Assembly: GCA_964016885.1 (NCBI GenBank)
Contig: OZ024751.1
Coordinates: 25,358,001 to 25,422,000 of the forward strand
Source of the DNA: Eledone cirrhosa
Taxonomy: Eukaryota
Direction: 5' to 3'
DNA: 64,000 nucleotides
Shown: positions 27,330 to 42,507 of the stretch, one piece after another
How positions within the stretch are numbered: position 1 is the first letter of the stretch
Layout of the letters: every line of letters begins with the position of its first letter
Program-made: the position numbers and the translations under genes
The notes under the pieces: model-generated
The model's database searches: none
What the model saw: only the letters and a program-made list of their open reading frames with translations
What the model was told of the DNA's origin: nothing

Positions 27330-27365
<36 letters not shown>

Positions 27366-27694
27366 ATGTATGTATGTAGGTGTGTGTGTGTGTGTGTTTT
27401 TTTTTAAAGGCTAAATAGTGAGACATGGAACAATGGAGTTTTGCCTGTTTCTCAGTGTCATCAGACAAGAAATAAGATTCAATAGCAGAGATTTGTATCG
27501 TCTGCTCTTGAATTATAGTTCTTCCTTGATGACCCTATGAGTAACAGGCGAAACTCCAGACTAACGGGACTCCGTATTTAGCCTTAATAAAATGAATATT
27601 TAAACTCTATTTCAATATTACGTACTCCTTTCTCTCACCCGTCAACTAGACACGCGTATGTGTGTGTATATATATATATATATATTTATATATA

Positions 27695-27960
27695 TGGCTT
27701 AGTGGTTAGAGCAGTAGGCTTGCAATCGAAAGGTTGTGAGTTCAATTCTCGAACCGGGTGATGTCTTGTTTCCTTGAGCAAGACACTTTATTTCACGTTG
27801 CTCCAGTTTACTCAGCTGAAAATGAGTACCAGCAATAGTTGGAGGTTTAACCCTGCTATGGACTGGCGTCCTGTCCAGGGGGATGTCTTGTACTCTCGGT
27901 CGCTTCACGCCATGAAACCGGGATAACACCGGCCAATTGAGCCTTCTGGCTTAAGACAGA
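27695..27960 (+). mobile_element. tRNA-derived SINE family 2 (related copies at 1850-2185 on -, and 20920-21180, 27055-27180, 47485-47780 on +)
   Basis: tggcttagtggttagag..gagttcaattc head; ttgagcaagacactttatttcacgttgctccag body. Confidence 0.75.
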
Positions 27961-29764
27961 CTGTAGATCTATATATGCGTGTGTGTTATCCCCTTGATGA
28001 TTCTGTGAGTGATACTCAACAGCCATAATATAGAACACGCATGCTCATACATACACGCAAACACTCAGGTACACACACATATATATATAGATGTGTGTGT
28101 GTGTGTGTATAAAAAATCGGAGATGCACATGACAAATTCAACGGACAGTCTATTCTAAGTTAACCTCTGGAAATCACAATACTAAATCTCACGCGATGTT
28201 CATACTTATTGATTGATTATTCAGTTTAATGAATATATATATATAGATATATGTATATTTAGTTATTTGACTATGGCAAAACCGGCCATTAATCGCTCGT
28301 ATTCATAAAAACTGACTGGCCTATCTGTTGATATGCAAATCTGGCTGATCAGTGGGTCTGCTATTATGTAGATCTGACTGATCAGGCCGATCATTCACTG
28401 TATATTCCATAAAATATATATTTTCTCTAGGTCTGACAGTAGTCGGGTGGTAAACAGTATACGGTACTGAGGAAGGGTAAACACCCAGAGACATTAGTGC
28501 CTGCCGTTCTGTTTATATGCCAACAAATGAGCAAGAATGGCAAGGTTGTTCTACTCACATGGCCTAAGAGGCTATTTGCACACGAATCGAATATTATTAT
28601 TAATATTCGAAAAACTCAGAGCTAAGTTTAAAATGTAAGTTTGAATAAATAATAGATAAATGTTACCAATATTTCTCTAGTCCCGACTGTCGACATCATG
28701 CTCCTACTTTGTGGAAATGTCTAATCGTTGCATTATCCAAGAGGCTTCAATCTTATCAAGAGTTTCCCTCGGTTAGGGCTGAAATTTCCAAAGTGATCGC
28801 CGACAGTAACGAATTCAAAGAGGGTGTTAATAATCACATGGCTAGTGATCAATATAGAATTGTTGTGAAGGGTAGAGTGGTGGCTATATAATATATATAT
28901 ATTTAAGAAATTGAAAATGCGCCTAATGTTTTTTAAAAAGACATACGAAATTCCATTAAACAGATTTATATATTTACATATAAATACATAATAGAGTTTT
29001 AATATTCATTGAATGAAATAAAATAATAAATTGATTTCTTTATCTTTTATATGTGAATGTGAGTTCTCCAAGTCATTCTATATCACTTGTAAACGTGTAT
29101 TACTTCAACGATTCCTTTCTGATTTATAACATTTGTAAATATCAACATCATCGCATTAAGATTCACGAGATATACAGATTGTTTTGGATGTCCGTCAAAC
29201 CAACAAGTGTTCCAAAATATCATGATGCTCAAAGAGACAATGCACCGCCAGAAATTGAACTCATGACCCCACACAGCATCATATGTATCACATTTAGGAT
29301 ATAAAATAAAATTCAGAATTCGATAATATTTGTAAAGAATTATCTCCCTTCAATTAGAAAGAAACCAGCGTGGAGTTGTCTCCCATGTATATATATAAAA
29401 TATTTTATTGCCAGTTTAGACTATGTATGTATTATGTATGTATGCTCTTGGGCGGAAGAACTCAAGAGTCAACGACCATCCAAAAGTGTGTAAATATGTA
29501 TATACACATGTACCGCGCAGTTAAACCACTGGGAGTGAAGGACCCCTACACTTTGTCAGGGCATTCTTCTAGGAGAAGGCAACTCAGGAAACTGGGATAA
29601 CTCCGATATAAAACCTGCGGCTCAGTAGTTTCCGATGATGTTGATCTTTTCTTCTTTTCGGGTTATAGCTACTGTCGCTCGGAGAGTGGGATTGGCTCAG
29701 TGCACAGTCTTTCCTCACTTTAAAAAATATCTTCACGCACAGTCATTGCACGATAGAATTAATT

Positions 29765-30030
29765 AATTGTTTCTACTTTAGGCACAAGGCCAGCAATAAC
29801 CCAGTGCATTACTGGTACTTTATTTTATCGACCCCGTAAGGATGAAAGGCAAAGTCAACCTCGGCGGGATTTGAACTCAGATCGTAAAGGGACGTAACTA
29901 TGCTGGAAAGCATGGCGTCCAACCCTCTACTGATACAGCCAATCCACCTTAATTAATAATTAATAATTGTTTCTACTGTTTGGCACAAGGCCAGCAAATA
30001 CCAGTACATTACTGGTACTTTATTTTATCG
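29765..30030 (-). mobile_element. SINE family 1, full copy plus tail fragment
   Basis: Reverse complement of the family consensus. Confidence 0.85.
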
Positions 30031-30139
30031 TTAATAATGGTATATCGTGCAATGGCCATACTCGATAACGAGGTGACAGCCATCACTTGTGGATGAATTA
30101 GAAGAATTCCCATTGGGAATTAGTGAGCATCCTATATCC

Positions 30140-30505
30140 AGGTATGTATGGCAAACATGCAGAGCTTTTACAATATGGTGGTGAAAAACTTTTGTAACAT
30201 CTTCACTCTTTGTTTGGCAGAATATGGGCTAGTGGATCCGTACTGGAGAACTGGAGAGATGGTAGTCTTGTACAAGGGAAAGGGTAACAAGAATGATTGT
30301 GGAAACTATAGGACTATATCATTGTTTTCTGTCGTCGGAAAAATGTTATGTAGGGTGCTTCTGGACGTCTGCTGACACACATTGCAGATTGTGCTCTTCC
30401 TGAAAGTCAATCTGGTTTTCGTACTGGATGCAGCACTACTGAAATGTGATTCTCAGCTAGACAGTTCCGGTAGAAGTGCGTGGAAAAGGGTTTGCATCTG
30501 CAAAA
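30140..30505 (+). pseudogene. RTE-clade LINE reverse transcriptase fragment
   Basis: VVLYKGKGNKNDCGNYRTISLFSVVGKMLCRVLL..LPESQSGFR; contains stops and frameshifts. Confidence 0.85.
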
Positions 30506-31245
30506 GTACATGAACTCCAACCACAGCCGGCTATTGCCAGTAAACGATTTGGTTGTCAACTCTGTGCAAGACATTTTAGATCATTGGCTGGGCTAAAAAG
30601 CTACATTCGACCGCAGCACCGTTGATTATCAATGTATATGTATTTTTTTTCTTGTTTTTTGTTTTTCATGCAATGGCTATACTTGATAACGAGGAGTAAT
30701 GAATTAATTATATTTACGTAAATAACATCTTATAATGATATTAATGGAATTTTAATTTTAGGTCAAAATAATATATTATATTTCCAATTTAAATAGAAAT
30801 TAACTTAATTAGAGGAAATATGTTGGCATCATACAAACAAAACTATAAAACATGAATCACATCCTCTTTCTTATTGTCATTGTGATTCTGGGATTAGCTT
30901 TGCCTTGCATCCTTACGGGCTGGATAAAATAAAGTACCAGTAATCTACTGGGGAAGAACTATTCGACTTTCCTCTCACCTAAAATTGTTGGTCTTTTGAC
31001 TATTATTAGTATTACGCATTAGTTCACATCCGGCCGTCATCATCAATGTCATCCTTCTGAAGTCAATAGTTCAAATAGTTCAGATCCTCTAAGGTTAACA
31101 TTACCTGTCATCCTACCCAAGTGCATTACTGGTACTTTATTTTATCGACCCCGTAAGGATGAAAGGTCAAGACACCCTCGGTGGCATTTCAACTCAGAAA
31201 GTAAAGTAACGTAGCTATATGCTACAAAGTATGTCATCTGACGCC

Positions 31246-31262
31246 ATAACTACTACTATTAC

Positions 31263-31293
<31 letters not shown>

Positions 31294-31446
31294 ACTACTA
31301 CTACTACTACTACTACTACTATTACACTACCACCACTACTACTACTACTAACTACTACTACTACTACTATTACACTACCGCTACCACCACTACTACTACT
31401 ACTAACTACTACTACTACTACTATTACACTACCACCACTACTACTA

Positions 31447-31489
<43 letters not shown>

Positions 31490-31581
31490 TTACACTACCA
31501 CCACCACCACCACCACTACTACTACTACTAACTACTACTACTACTATTACACTACCGCTACCACCACTACTACTACTACTA

Positions 31582-31615
<34 letters not shown>

Positions 31616-31619
31616 TTAC

Positions 31620-31650
<31 letters not shown>

Positions 31651-31669
31651 ACTACTACTACTACTACTA

Positions 31670-31700
<31 letters not shown>

Positions 31701-31817
31701 TTACACTACCGCTACCACCACTACTACTACCACCACCACCACTACTACAACTACAACTACTACTACTACTATTACAATACCACCACCACCACCACCACCA
31801 CCACTACTACTACTACT
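31246..31817. repeat. (ACT)n/(ACC)n compound trinucleotide repeat
   Basis: Directly visible; similar tracts at 34375-34640 and 53275-53522. Confidence 0.9.
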
Positions 31818-32242
31818 TAAACGCAGTTGCCCCTTTTGAGAAATAAAACAAAACAAAATAAAAAGAAAAGCAAAAAATGTATTTTCGTTTTTTTTTTTCC
31901 ATAAGAAATGTTTTATTCTGACTGTGATTTAAAATAATGAGAACATAGGTTTGTATAAAGGAAATAACAAATTCTGAAGCAGAGAGAAAATAACTTCAAA
32001 TTTACAAAGAAATATACAAATAAATATAAAATAAATAAAACTGGAAAAAAACAAACAAATAAATGAAAACAGTTTAAGTTAATTAATTAACAATAATTAC
32101 GGGAGTTTTCACAGAAGAAAATTAGAAAATCTCTTTAGAAATTCGTATTTGTGTGTTTTTGTTGTTGTTGTATTTCAGTCTCACGAGAGCAGGTGACTGG
32201 CGAGAAATGAACCTGGTCTGTATTAGTAGTCTGTACCGAGGG

Positions 32243-32446
32243 AGACTGGGTTAGACTGGTTTAGACTGGGTTGGACTGGGTTAGACTAGGTTAACCTGTG
32301 TTGGACTAGGATAGACTGGGTTAGACTGGGTTGGACTGGGTTATACTGGGTTGGACTGGATTAGACTGGGTTGGACTGGGTTAGACAGGGTTGGACTGGG
32401 TTAGACTGGATTGGACTGGGTTGGACTGGGTTAGACTGGATTAGAT
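32243..32446. repeat. 10-bp tandem repeat gactgggtt[a/g]
   Basis: About 20 units. Confidence 0.9.
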
Positions 32447-33065
32447 CACAGTGCGTAAACGGCTGTAACTCTGAGCTGGAAAATATGTTGTCCGAAGCTC
32501 TACCGATACTACTATGCCACCGCACCTCAAATAAATAAATATCATTAATAATCGTACATACAAAAAACAAGCCCAACATACCAGCGAAACTGTTTGTAAA
32601 GGTGGGTAACTGCGTCTAATGTAGGTAATTAACTGTGTGAAACAGGTTGAAGGTAGACGGTGACTCTGGGTGTAATTACAAGAAACAGAATTTTAGAAAG
32701 TAGAAGTGATTAGTTAAAATATTGCTGCTAGGTAGAAGGGGAGGGGGTAGGAGGAGGAGAAGAAGAAGAAGAAGAAGAAGAAGAAGAAGAAGAAGAGAGT
32801 AAACAAAAGACGTCTTACTTTTGAACTTAAATGAATTATCAAAGAAGAGAAGAAACAGTTTTACAAATAATAACGATTAGAGAATTATTTATTTTTCTTA
32901 CAATTTGTTCTACTCTATTCCATTTATTTCATCCTTTTGGATATTTTTTATTGTCTTTATTTATTTACGTACCAGATGAACAACTGGCATAGCATATATA
33001 TAATATATAGAAAAGATAACACACAAGAGACAGACAGAGAGAGAGATAGAGGGAGAGAGAGATAG

Positions 33066-33154
<89 letters not shown>

Positions 33155-33559
33155 ATCAATGTACAGGGAAAACCACCACTGTATGGAATCTATAAACTAT
33201 GAAAGTGAGGTAGACGCATAATAATTAAAAATATAAATCAAAATGAATTTACCCACCTTTATAACTATATATCACACACGTACAAACCCAAAGTAATTTG
33301 TTTCGCGAAAAGATTAGTGAATGGAATGAAACACCCACGTTTACAGCGTGTGGTAGTGAATACATTCCAGACAACTCTAAGAAAAACTTAAGATAACTGC
33401 CTTGCAACATGTGGTAGAGAGAAGTGAATGTGCGTAAAAGACAGTCAACTAGTGGCATGGGTGGAATGAGCGGCTAGAAATGGCAGCCCAAAACCACTCA
33501 AAGTAGAGTGCTCTACCGAACAGAGAAAGAGAAGACTGTAGAGTTTATCCCGAACCTGC

Positions 33560-34272
33560 ACAGAAGTGTTGTCAGATGGATCTGCCCGAGATGCGCGCAG
33601 AGCGACGAAACCGTTCTGTACGCACTCGTGTGCATTAGTGACTTGTGGTGTTATGTCGAACAGCTGTTGTCGCGTGTAGAACGGATCCGGCTATAGGCCG
33701 AGTCCATAGGGAAGATCGACCCACCACCTTCTTTTGGCCAGGAAGGGCAGGCAATTTTCCTCTGTCTGCTGGCAGTAGCGAAAGATGTTGTACGGTGGAC
33801 CAGGTGGACCAGGTTGAAAGGACTGAAGACAGACACTTTTCTCTGCGGCCAATCCCTTATCAACTTTTTCAAGTTTCACTTGGAAAGGAAGGTGAGGGTG
33901 GAGAGAAAAGTGCTGCCCCCCCCCCCTCTCTCAGTACATTTTCTGAAAGGTGGGTGATTGTGGCGAGAATGGCCCGTGGGAGTGGTCCTACTCTGATCAT
34001 GCGCCTGTAGGTGGGTGAATTTGAGGAGGAGAGGGGTGCCCTTCCCGGGTGCTCTCGAAGCGTCCGGTGGTTCAGGTTTGGTGGGGTACCTGAGTGAACC
34101 CTGAGTGGTCACACCCCCCCCCCCCCTATTGGGGGATTTTTCTTGTTGCATTTTTCTTGTTACTTTGTTATTGTTATTCATATTGTTTACTCGATTTTTC
34201 TGTAAAACCCCACTGTCCCAGTCTTTTGTATTGTCCCCTATATGTCGGCCTTGTGGCCAATAAATGAAATCA
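33560..34272 (+). mobile_element. L1/Tx1-like LINE 3' end (zf-RVT remnant plus 3' UTR)
   Basis: CPRCAQSDETVLYALVC..DLWCYVEQLL; homologous to 56005-56645. Confidence 0.7.
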
Positions 34273-34375
34273 TTATTGCCGAGGTAAACTTTGCCTTTCA
34301 TCCTTACGGGGTCGATAAAATAAAGTACCAGTAATGCACTGGGTATTTGCTGGCCTTGTGCCTAAAGTAGAAACA

Positions 34376-34443
<68 letters not shown>

Positions 34444-34488
34444 CAGTAGCAGCAGTAGTAGTAGCAGTAGCAGCAGTGGTAGTAGTAT

Positions 34489-34533
<45 letters not shown>

Positions 34534-34558
34534 CAGCAGCAGCAGCAGTTGTAGTAGT

Positions 34559-34640
<82 letters not shown>

Positions 34641-34799
34641 TGTGAAACTTGCTGTTTTTTTCCCATATCTTGCCGAGTGTCAACCTGAGCCCCGGGAAAA
34701 TTTGATATTACACAGATTTACCAATCAATTGTCAAACAAATTGTAAAATAAGGACATAACCAACACAGCAAATGTCTCTGTAAGTTATATTATTGTCTT

Positions 34800-35345
34800 T
34801 GGCAGTATCGGTAGAGAGTCGGACGCCATGCTTTCCAGCATAGTTACGTCCCTTTACGATCTGAGTTCAAATCCCGCCGAGGTTCACTTTGCCTTTCATC
34901 CTTACGGGGTCGATAAAATAAAGTACCAGTAATGCACTGGTTAATTGCTGGCCTTGTGCCTAAAGTAGAAACAATTATTGTCTTTGGCAGTATCGGTAGA
35001 GAGTCGGACAACAGGCTTTGCAGCACAGAGTGACGCCCCTTTCAAATCCTGCTGAGATTAACTTTGCCTTTCATCCTTACGGGGTCGATAAAATAAAGTA
35101 CCAGTAATGCACTGGGATAATTGCTGGCCTTGTGCCAAAAGTAGAAACAATTATCATTAATATTAATATTAGGGCGGTGGATTGGCAGTATCGGTCGAGC
35201 GTCGGACGCCATGCTTTGCAGCATAGAGTTATGGCCCTTTATGATCTGAGTTCAACCCCGCCGAGGTTAACTTTGCCTTTCATCCTTGCGGGGTCCATAA
35301 AATAAAGTACCAGTCACGCACTGGGCTCGATTAAATCGACTATAT
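34800..35345 (+). mobile_element. SINE family 1, three head-to-tail copies
   Basis: ttggcagtatcggt head at about 34800, 34984 and 35182. Confidence 0.85.
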
Positions 35346-35990
35346 AAGAAACCATTATTAATATTGATATTACTATGTTTTGATAACTGATGAAATCAAT
35401 AATAAACCTCAATTTCATAAGTGTTTCCATACGAATTCAACTGAAAAAATAAAAAAAACCATCCCCAAACCACCCTGCCATTATGAAATGTTCGATGTCT
35501 TTAAAAACATTTTTAGCTCAGTAAGTCGATTCTTTATGACATCAATTACTTCCCTTTATTGACCTTTTCATTGTGAAGGAGACATTTAAATTAGACGCTA
35601 TATGAAACATGTCGGATATTGCTATTTGAATAATCTGAAAAACATCGAATATATAACCACTTAAACACTATATTAGTTATTTGATTATCGCTGACGAAGT
35701 TTCTAGTAGCTGTTTGTGTCGTCGGAGTGTGATTTTATTGAAATTTTATTTAGAAAGAAAGGAAAAGAGGAAAAGAAAATAACGATGAAAATAAATGAAA
35801 GAAAGAAGGTGGGAGAGAGGAATTAAATAAAGCAGAGAGATAGAGATAATGGAGAAGAGACAGAGAAAGGAACAGACAGATATAATGGTAGAGGGATTGT
35901 GTGATAGGGATAGGAAACGGAGGAGACAAATCGACAGATTTGATAGATATAAACCGATTTCAAGACAGAATATTTAAGGGAAATTAGGAA

Positions 35991-36061
<71 letters not shown>

Positions 36062-36065
36062 ATAC

Positions 36066-36160
<95 letters not shown>

Positions 36161-36162
<2 letters not shown>

Positions 36163-36582
36163 GTAGGAGATGAGTTTTATTGTAGTACAATAAAGCAATG
36201 CAGATATCGGATAAGAAGCACTCTACAGTTTGTAGGACTGGAGTATACATAATATATAATATCAAAAGATGTTTAAATGAGTTCCATGTATTTTATTATG
36301 CGCATTTCAAAAACAAATATCATCATGCAATAACATTTGTGTTTTCATCAGTTAAAATAGGAGGACATGATATGAAGGTTAAAAACACTTGTGGATAGTG
36401 CAGTTTTAAATCAACAGTTTTAAATCATATATATGTTGATTTAAAACTGCACTATCCACAAGTGTTTTTAACCTTCATATCATGTCCTCCTATTTTAACT
36501 GATGAAAACACAAATGTTATTGCATGATGATATTTGTTTTTGAAATGCGCATAATAAAATACATGGAACTCATTTAACCATC
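36161..36582 (-). mobile_element. HHR element with inverted arm between long (TA)n tracts (family G)
   Basis: About 135-bp inverted arms 36268-36406 and 36435-36582. Confidence 0.78.
36491..36561 (+). ncRNA. Type I hammerhead (mirror on - at 36289-36359)
   Basis: tattttaa-CTGATGA-aaacacaaatgtta..tgatatttgttttt-GAAA-TGCGCA-TA-ataaaata. Confidence 0.75.
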
Positions 36583-36616
36583 ATTTGATCTTATATATTA
36601 TATATATATATGTACA

Positions 36617-36649
<33 letters not shown>

Positions 36650-36665
36650 GTACATATATATATAT

Positions 36666-36825
<160 letters not shown>

Positions 36826-36829
36826 TAAA

Positions 36830-37316
36830 CAACAACACCACAATCACACCCCACACACGCCAACCCGACTACCGAAAACCCACTACCCCACACCACAACC
36901 CATCCCAGTCAGCGACCGTCACCACCATCTTATCATCACATCCACCCCCATATACACTACAGGCCAGTACATCCCTTTGATCCTTCCCACCAATCAAAAC
37001 AACTCTTATTGTCAAACTCTTGAACTTCTGTCTTTACCACATAGCATGTATTTCATTTTCTTATAGCATTTTAAAGGGTCCGTCGAGCTGCCGATCATTG
37101 AGTCGGGTAGGATCGATACAGATCGAACCTTGAGCTGATCAGTGGCGAAACGCGCGTCACCTACCAATAAATGTAATGAAGGAGTAACCAATCGTCCTTG
37201 TTATCCTTTCAATATATTACACTCTGTATAGCTCTACACCTCATCACAGAAGTAAACCTAAACATCGAGTGCTCACCCGGGTGAACCTGCAGTAACTCCA
37301 AGTTACACCCCCTGGA
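36830..37316 (+). mobile_element. Family C PLE 3' end, second copy with decayed HHR
   Basis: Colinear with 13200-13631; ..tgatcagtggc-GAAA-cgcgcg-TC-acc; both copies end in ccctgga(TA)n. Confidence 0.75.
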
Positions 37317-37334
37317 TATATACACACACATATA

Positions 37335-37387
<53 letters not shown>

Positions 37388-37401
37388 TGTGTTTGTGTAT
37401 G

Positions 37402-37444
<43 letters not shown>

Positions 37445-37540
37445 AAATTTCCGTTGGAAACAGAAAAGGTCATAGAAGTGAAGAGTGCTCTATGTAAATA
37501 TCAGAGCAAAATTTAATGTATAAAAAATCAATACAATATA

Positions 37541-37618
37541 ATTACCTCATTACCAGAGGTTTCCCGAATGAAGCGAATACGAAAGAAACGTCTTCATTCG
37601 TTCGTCAGACGAGGCAAT
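37541..37618 (-). ncRNA. Complete type I hammerhead motif
   Basis: attgcctcgt-CTGACGA-a-cgaatgaag..cttcattcg-g-GAAA-cctctgg-TA-atgaggtaat; 10-bp helix I with two GU pairs. Confidence 0.8.
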
Positions 37619-37967
37619 ATAAAACATGGTAAATACTTGGAAAGTCTCGTCAAGAAAATCAAAAAAAATATATAGACAAATGAATTAGAAATTGAAATAT
37701 ATAATAATCTATCAAGAAATATAGTTAGGTGTGTGTATATATATGTATATACGCTCACAGATGTGCATATATGTGTATGCACACATGTATACGTATAGTG
37801 AAAAAGTGTGCGTAAATATAAAATTTAGGGCAAATGTATCTGTACGTCTGTAATCTACAGACAGAATAGATACATCATAAGAATATGAATATGAAGGCGC
37901 GCGCATAAATACACCTACACACACGTACATTTAGATGCGGGAGTAAAAGAGGTAAGGGAGTTGTAAT

Positions 37968-38026
<59 letters not shown>

Positions 38027-38327
38027 TATATGTATGAATGTGATGTGTTTGTGTATGTGAATATATATGCCATTTTTCGTTTCGAGTCAGAGCAGTATTT
38101 AAGATTCAACATCTTATAATCGGGATAATTTTTCTAGTTTAGATCCGGCTGGACGGAAATCTCTTGTCTGTTGATTGAGAACCGGAAGTTCATTTTGTCA
38201 AATATAGAAGAGTTTCTATGTGCTGATGTTTGAGTGGATTGCTGGAAAATATCAAATAGTTGCTTATTGTCTCTGTCTGTTAAGTGTTTGTTGAATACGT
38301 GATAGAGACAACGATGTTGTGGAAAAT

Positions 38328-38511
38328 AATTGTTTCTACTTTTGGCACAAGGCCAGCAAATAACCAGTACATTACTGGTACTTTATTTTATCGACGCCGT
38401 AAGGATTAAAGTTAAAGTTAACCTCGGCAGGATTTGAACTCAGACCACAAAGGGCCGTAACTCTATGCTGCCAAAGCATGGTGTCCCGACCCTCAACCGA
38501 TACTGCCAATC
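38328..38511 (-). mobile_element. SINE family 1, full length
   Basis: Reverse complement of the family consensus. Confidence 0.85.
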
Positions 38512-39065
38512 CGATGGTAGTGCTGGTGCTAATGGACATAATATGGCTGGTGGTCATGATTATGATGATGGTGCAGATGGTGATGATAGCGTTTCTGGAT
38601 CGCTATAATGGCGGAATCATGAACGTGATTACATTAGTGAGGAGGTAGGGAAGGTTTTTGAGGTTGCAGGACTGCAGGTTTGGCTGGGATTGGTTTGAAA
38701 TGCTGGGTGACCTTAGAGTTGACCGGGGCGGGGAGGGGGAGGGGGTTCTAAAAACATCTATCTTGATATTTTTTCTTAGAAGAAATCATCAACAGTAAAC
38801 CTTGTTTTTTTTGCCACAAAGAAGATTTAGAGTTATTGAAATATTAATTCCACCCCTAGCAGTAATTTTAGATTTAGGAGGATGGAGAAAATGTTGCTAC
38901 AAAGAGGGGTTCACAGCCACTGGAATACCCATTCTATCTTCAGCAGAAGCTTCCAGGTTCAGGGGAATAACTACTTGGAGAATAACTACTTGATCAACCA
39001 ATGACCTCCAACCATCCCAATCACCACCCTCTCCTACCACCAGAAAAAGGTGTAAATCCCACCAT

Positions 39066-39140
39066 ATTTCTTGGACAGTCGGCTTCCTGATGATTTCTCC
39101 CGAACGAAACATTTCTAGTCCTGTAGAATCATTTCTATAT

Positions 39141-39180
<40 letters not shown>

Positions 39181-39258
39181 ATATAGAAATGGATTCTACA
39201 GGACTAGAAATGTTTCGTTCGGGAGAAATCATCAGGGAAGCCGACTGTCCAAGAAATC
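39066..39258. mobile_element. Family F: two HHRs tail-to-tail around a (TA)n tract
   Basis: CTGATGA at 39087, tttctcccgaac-GAAA-catttctagtcctg-TA-gaatc; inverted copy at about 39177-39258. Confidence 0.75.
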
Positions 39259-39362
39259 CCTATGATGCCTAGTAGACAGCTGATGATCGATATTCCTCAC
39301 TTCTATTTCTAATTCTTCATTTTTTTTATACTTAAATGCAACAACACAGCTCGCCACTTTTG

Positions 39363-39411
<49 letters not shown>

Positions 39412-39412
39412 A

Positions 39413-39494
<82 letters not shown>

Positions 39495-40249
39495 CATATG
39501 TACTTATATATATATACACATATATATGATATATATTATAAATACACATACAATATCATATGCATATACATGTGTTTATGTGCATGTATGTGAGTCTGCG
39601 TGTCCTAATTCTCTTTTCTTTGACTAAAACTCAAATTCACTCACCTTTTTCCGTCTTCCGTCCATTGTAAATCTCCAGGAAAACTAAAGAATAAATAACA
39701 ATAAAACAAACCAATATTAAACTAATCCGCTTTAGTCCATCAATATATTCTTTTATGCCTGTATATCATTTTTATGTTGTTTCGTCTTCTCTCCTTTGAA
39801 TTGGCAGTTGTTATAGTTTGCTTTACTGTTGTTAAACATTTACTTTCATTCGTTGATTGCTGCTGTTTTTTGTTGGTGTCTATGTTGGTGTTGATCGTGT
39901 ATTTTGTTCAGTTGAATATTTCGGTTTAATCTTCACAACTACTAAATCCCACATTCTATGCATTCTTTTCACAAGGCTATGATTACTTCATTCTTTTGTT
40001 TGTTCTTTTATACTCTAATTCTTTATTTCGTTAATTCATATATTTGTTCGTGTATTCATTTTTTCAATGATTAGTTTATTCGATATTCCGTCATATTCCG
40101 TGTATTCAATCATATTTGAAATTCAAATTATATTTGAAAAATATAAAAAAAAAATAGAAAAATAGAAAGGGCAAAAACACCACCACCAATAACAACGTAA
40201 ATAAAAACAACAACAATGACAAAGATACTCGCTTTATATATGCATATTC

Positions 40250-40870
40250 CTTCTTAAAGTGTTAAGAAAAGAGCTAAAACGCTCACCGTGGTTAAGGATT
40301 TCGAAGTTGATGTTATCCTCAATGCCCGTAAGTCGGTGATTAATTTCGACAACTCTATTTGAATTAAAACATCTAATAGTACCCCCATTCGACGTGAGTA
40401 TGGGCAACCAGCGATTCGCCGGGGGTTACAGATCTTATCTGTCTTTTTCCTTCTTTTCTTTATCAAGGAAGAATTCCCCAATGTGGACGGTGGTTTGTAC
40501 CGAGATGACGGTCTTTTCAACCATGAAAAGTGCGGTCCACATGCTTGCGACAGGTTTAGAAAAGAACTCACAGCCTATTTTAAAGGCTTCAACCTTTGAA
40601 AGGGTCGTAGCTTTTGTATTTATCACAATCCCATTAAAGGGGGTGGCTGTTATTGTACTATATGCCCCTTGATGCTTGTCGACGCAAGTTCCTATATACC
40701 TATACATCAAAATAGTGGTAGTGAACTTGCACTGGTAAAATAGATTTTTCACCAAGCATTTATTCCTAAGTGCACAAGAGTGAGGACTTCTGCAGTTATA
40801 TAATCTAGTCGATACCTGTATTTCACCTGTGGTATGACTAAGGGGTAGGCCTCTCAGCAATAATAGGCTA
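40250..40870 (-). pseudogene. Decayed PLE GIY-YIG endonuclease and 3' region
   Basis: NCRSPHSCALRNKCLVKNLFYQCK..YRYIGTC..ATTLSK resembles CNCR..CPL..KCL..N.VY..Y.YIG..T.LSK; frameshifted. Confidence 0.7.
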
Positions 40871-41541
40871 AGAACCTTTTAGACATGCGCCGGCTAGTTC
40901 TAGAGGAATGCAACCTACACAAAGTGGGGTTTACGCCGAGCCTGCAGCCACCCTGGTAAAACCTGGCTGCTTTCGGTACATACCCTCTGAAAGTTCCTGT
41001 GGACTGGCCGCACCGAGCTACCCGTTAGACATACCACAGGCGATACACTGGGATCGAGAGTGGTCCCCAACATTTTTATAACTAAAATTCCTTTACTTTA
41101 AATTCATTTGAGGCTAGAACGAGATTAACAATCGAAAGATGTAAATATTTATACATTAAAAAGAATAACCACCAATGGTTTGTATACATTAATATTTCTT
41201 TAATAAAAACATTTTCAAAATTTGAACCTGGCTCACGGTGCGAGAGACGTCTGAAGGTACTGCCTACCAAATGTCACTCACAAAATATTGGTAACTCTAG
41301 GCTAGAAACACATTTTTACAAGGTACCATGCTGTATAACAGAAAGCAAAGAAAACACAATTAGGAAGGGACTGAGTTAACACACAGAAATCCAATCAATT
41401 GTTAACTTATTAATTTAATCTATTTCAACAAACAGAAATTGAGAAAATGAAAACATAAACGATATCAATATTTATTATATCACGGCAAAAGAAAACAGGG
41501 TGGTGTTTAGATATATTCGCTTTATCTCTTTCTCGCGTACG

Positions 41542-41623
<82 letters not shown>

Positions 41624-42215
41624 ACACACACACACACACACACTCAAATACTCACACACACACATATATATATATAAATTATATATGTGTATACAGACAT
41701 ATATACACACACACGCGCAAAACCCTTATATATATATATATGTGTATATATATATATATACATGCATATACACATGCACACAGACACAGATAGACAGACA
41801 CACACACACACATACATATAAGTATTCCTAAATTTATACATTTGTTTCTCTATGTCTCCAACAACATTCATTATATTTCAATATTCAAAACTATTCTAGC
41901 CAACATTTACCTCAAACATATGAATATAAATGATAAGAGAGGGGGAAATGTTAAAACAATACAAGCACGAGAAACGAGTATTAACGACATGAGCGTAATA
42001 AGGCGAAGTTATATAGCTTAGTTATAACTCGCTGATGATGATGATACAAACATTTCAACCTTCCAAATGATATCACTTTAACACAGCAAACCATTGATTA
42101 CTATATATTATATATTATATATTATATAATTCATTTATCTATTTGGCATCGTAAGTATGTATATGTGTGTATTGTTACATACGCATACCCATACACACAT
42201 AGACACACACACACG

Positions 42216-42283
<68 letters not shown>

Positions 42284-42324
42284 TACTTACATATATACAT
42301 AGAGATACATAAATATTTACATAC

Positions 42325-42375
<51 letters not shown>

Positions 42376-42447
42376 CTATATATATACTATATATATATAT
42401 GTACGTATGTAAATATTTATGTATCTCTGTATGTATATATGTAAGTA

Positions 42448-42507
<60 letters not shown>

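Noticed and set aside
28681-28891. Possible exon or ORF after a tttctctag acceptor
   Set aside because: No recognisable motif; the M6PR-like gene already ends at 23785 and no partner exons were found.
31219-31839. Long Thr/Leu/Pro ORF, plus the many YI, CV and HT repeat ORFs
   Set aside because: Stop-free translations of microsatellites.
32243-32446. Telomere-like repeat
   Set aside because: The unit is 10 bp (gactgggttr), not TTAGGG.
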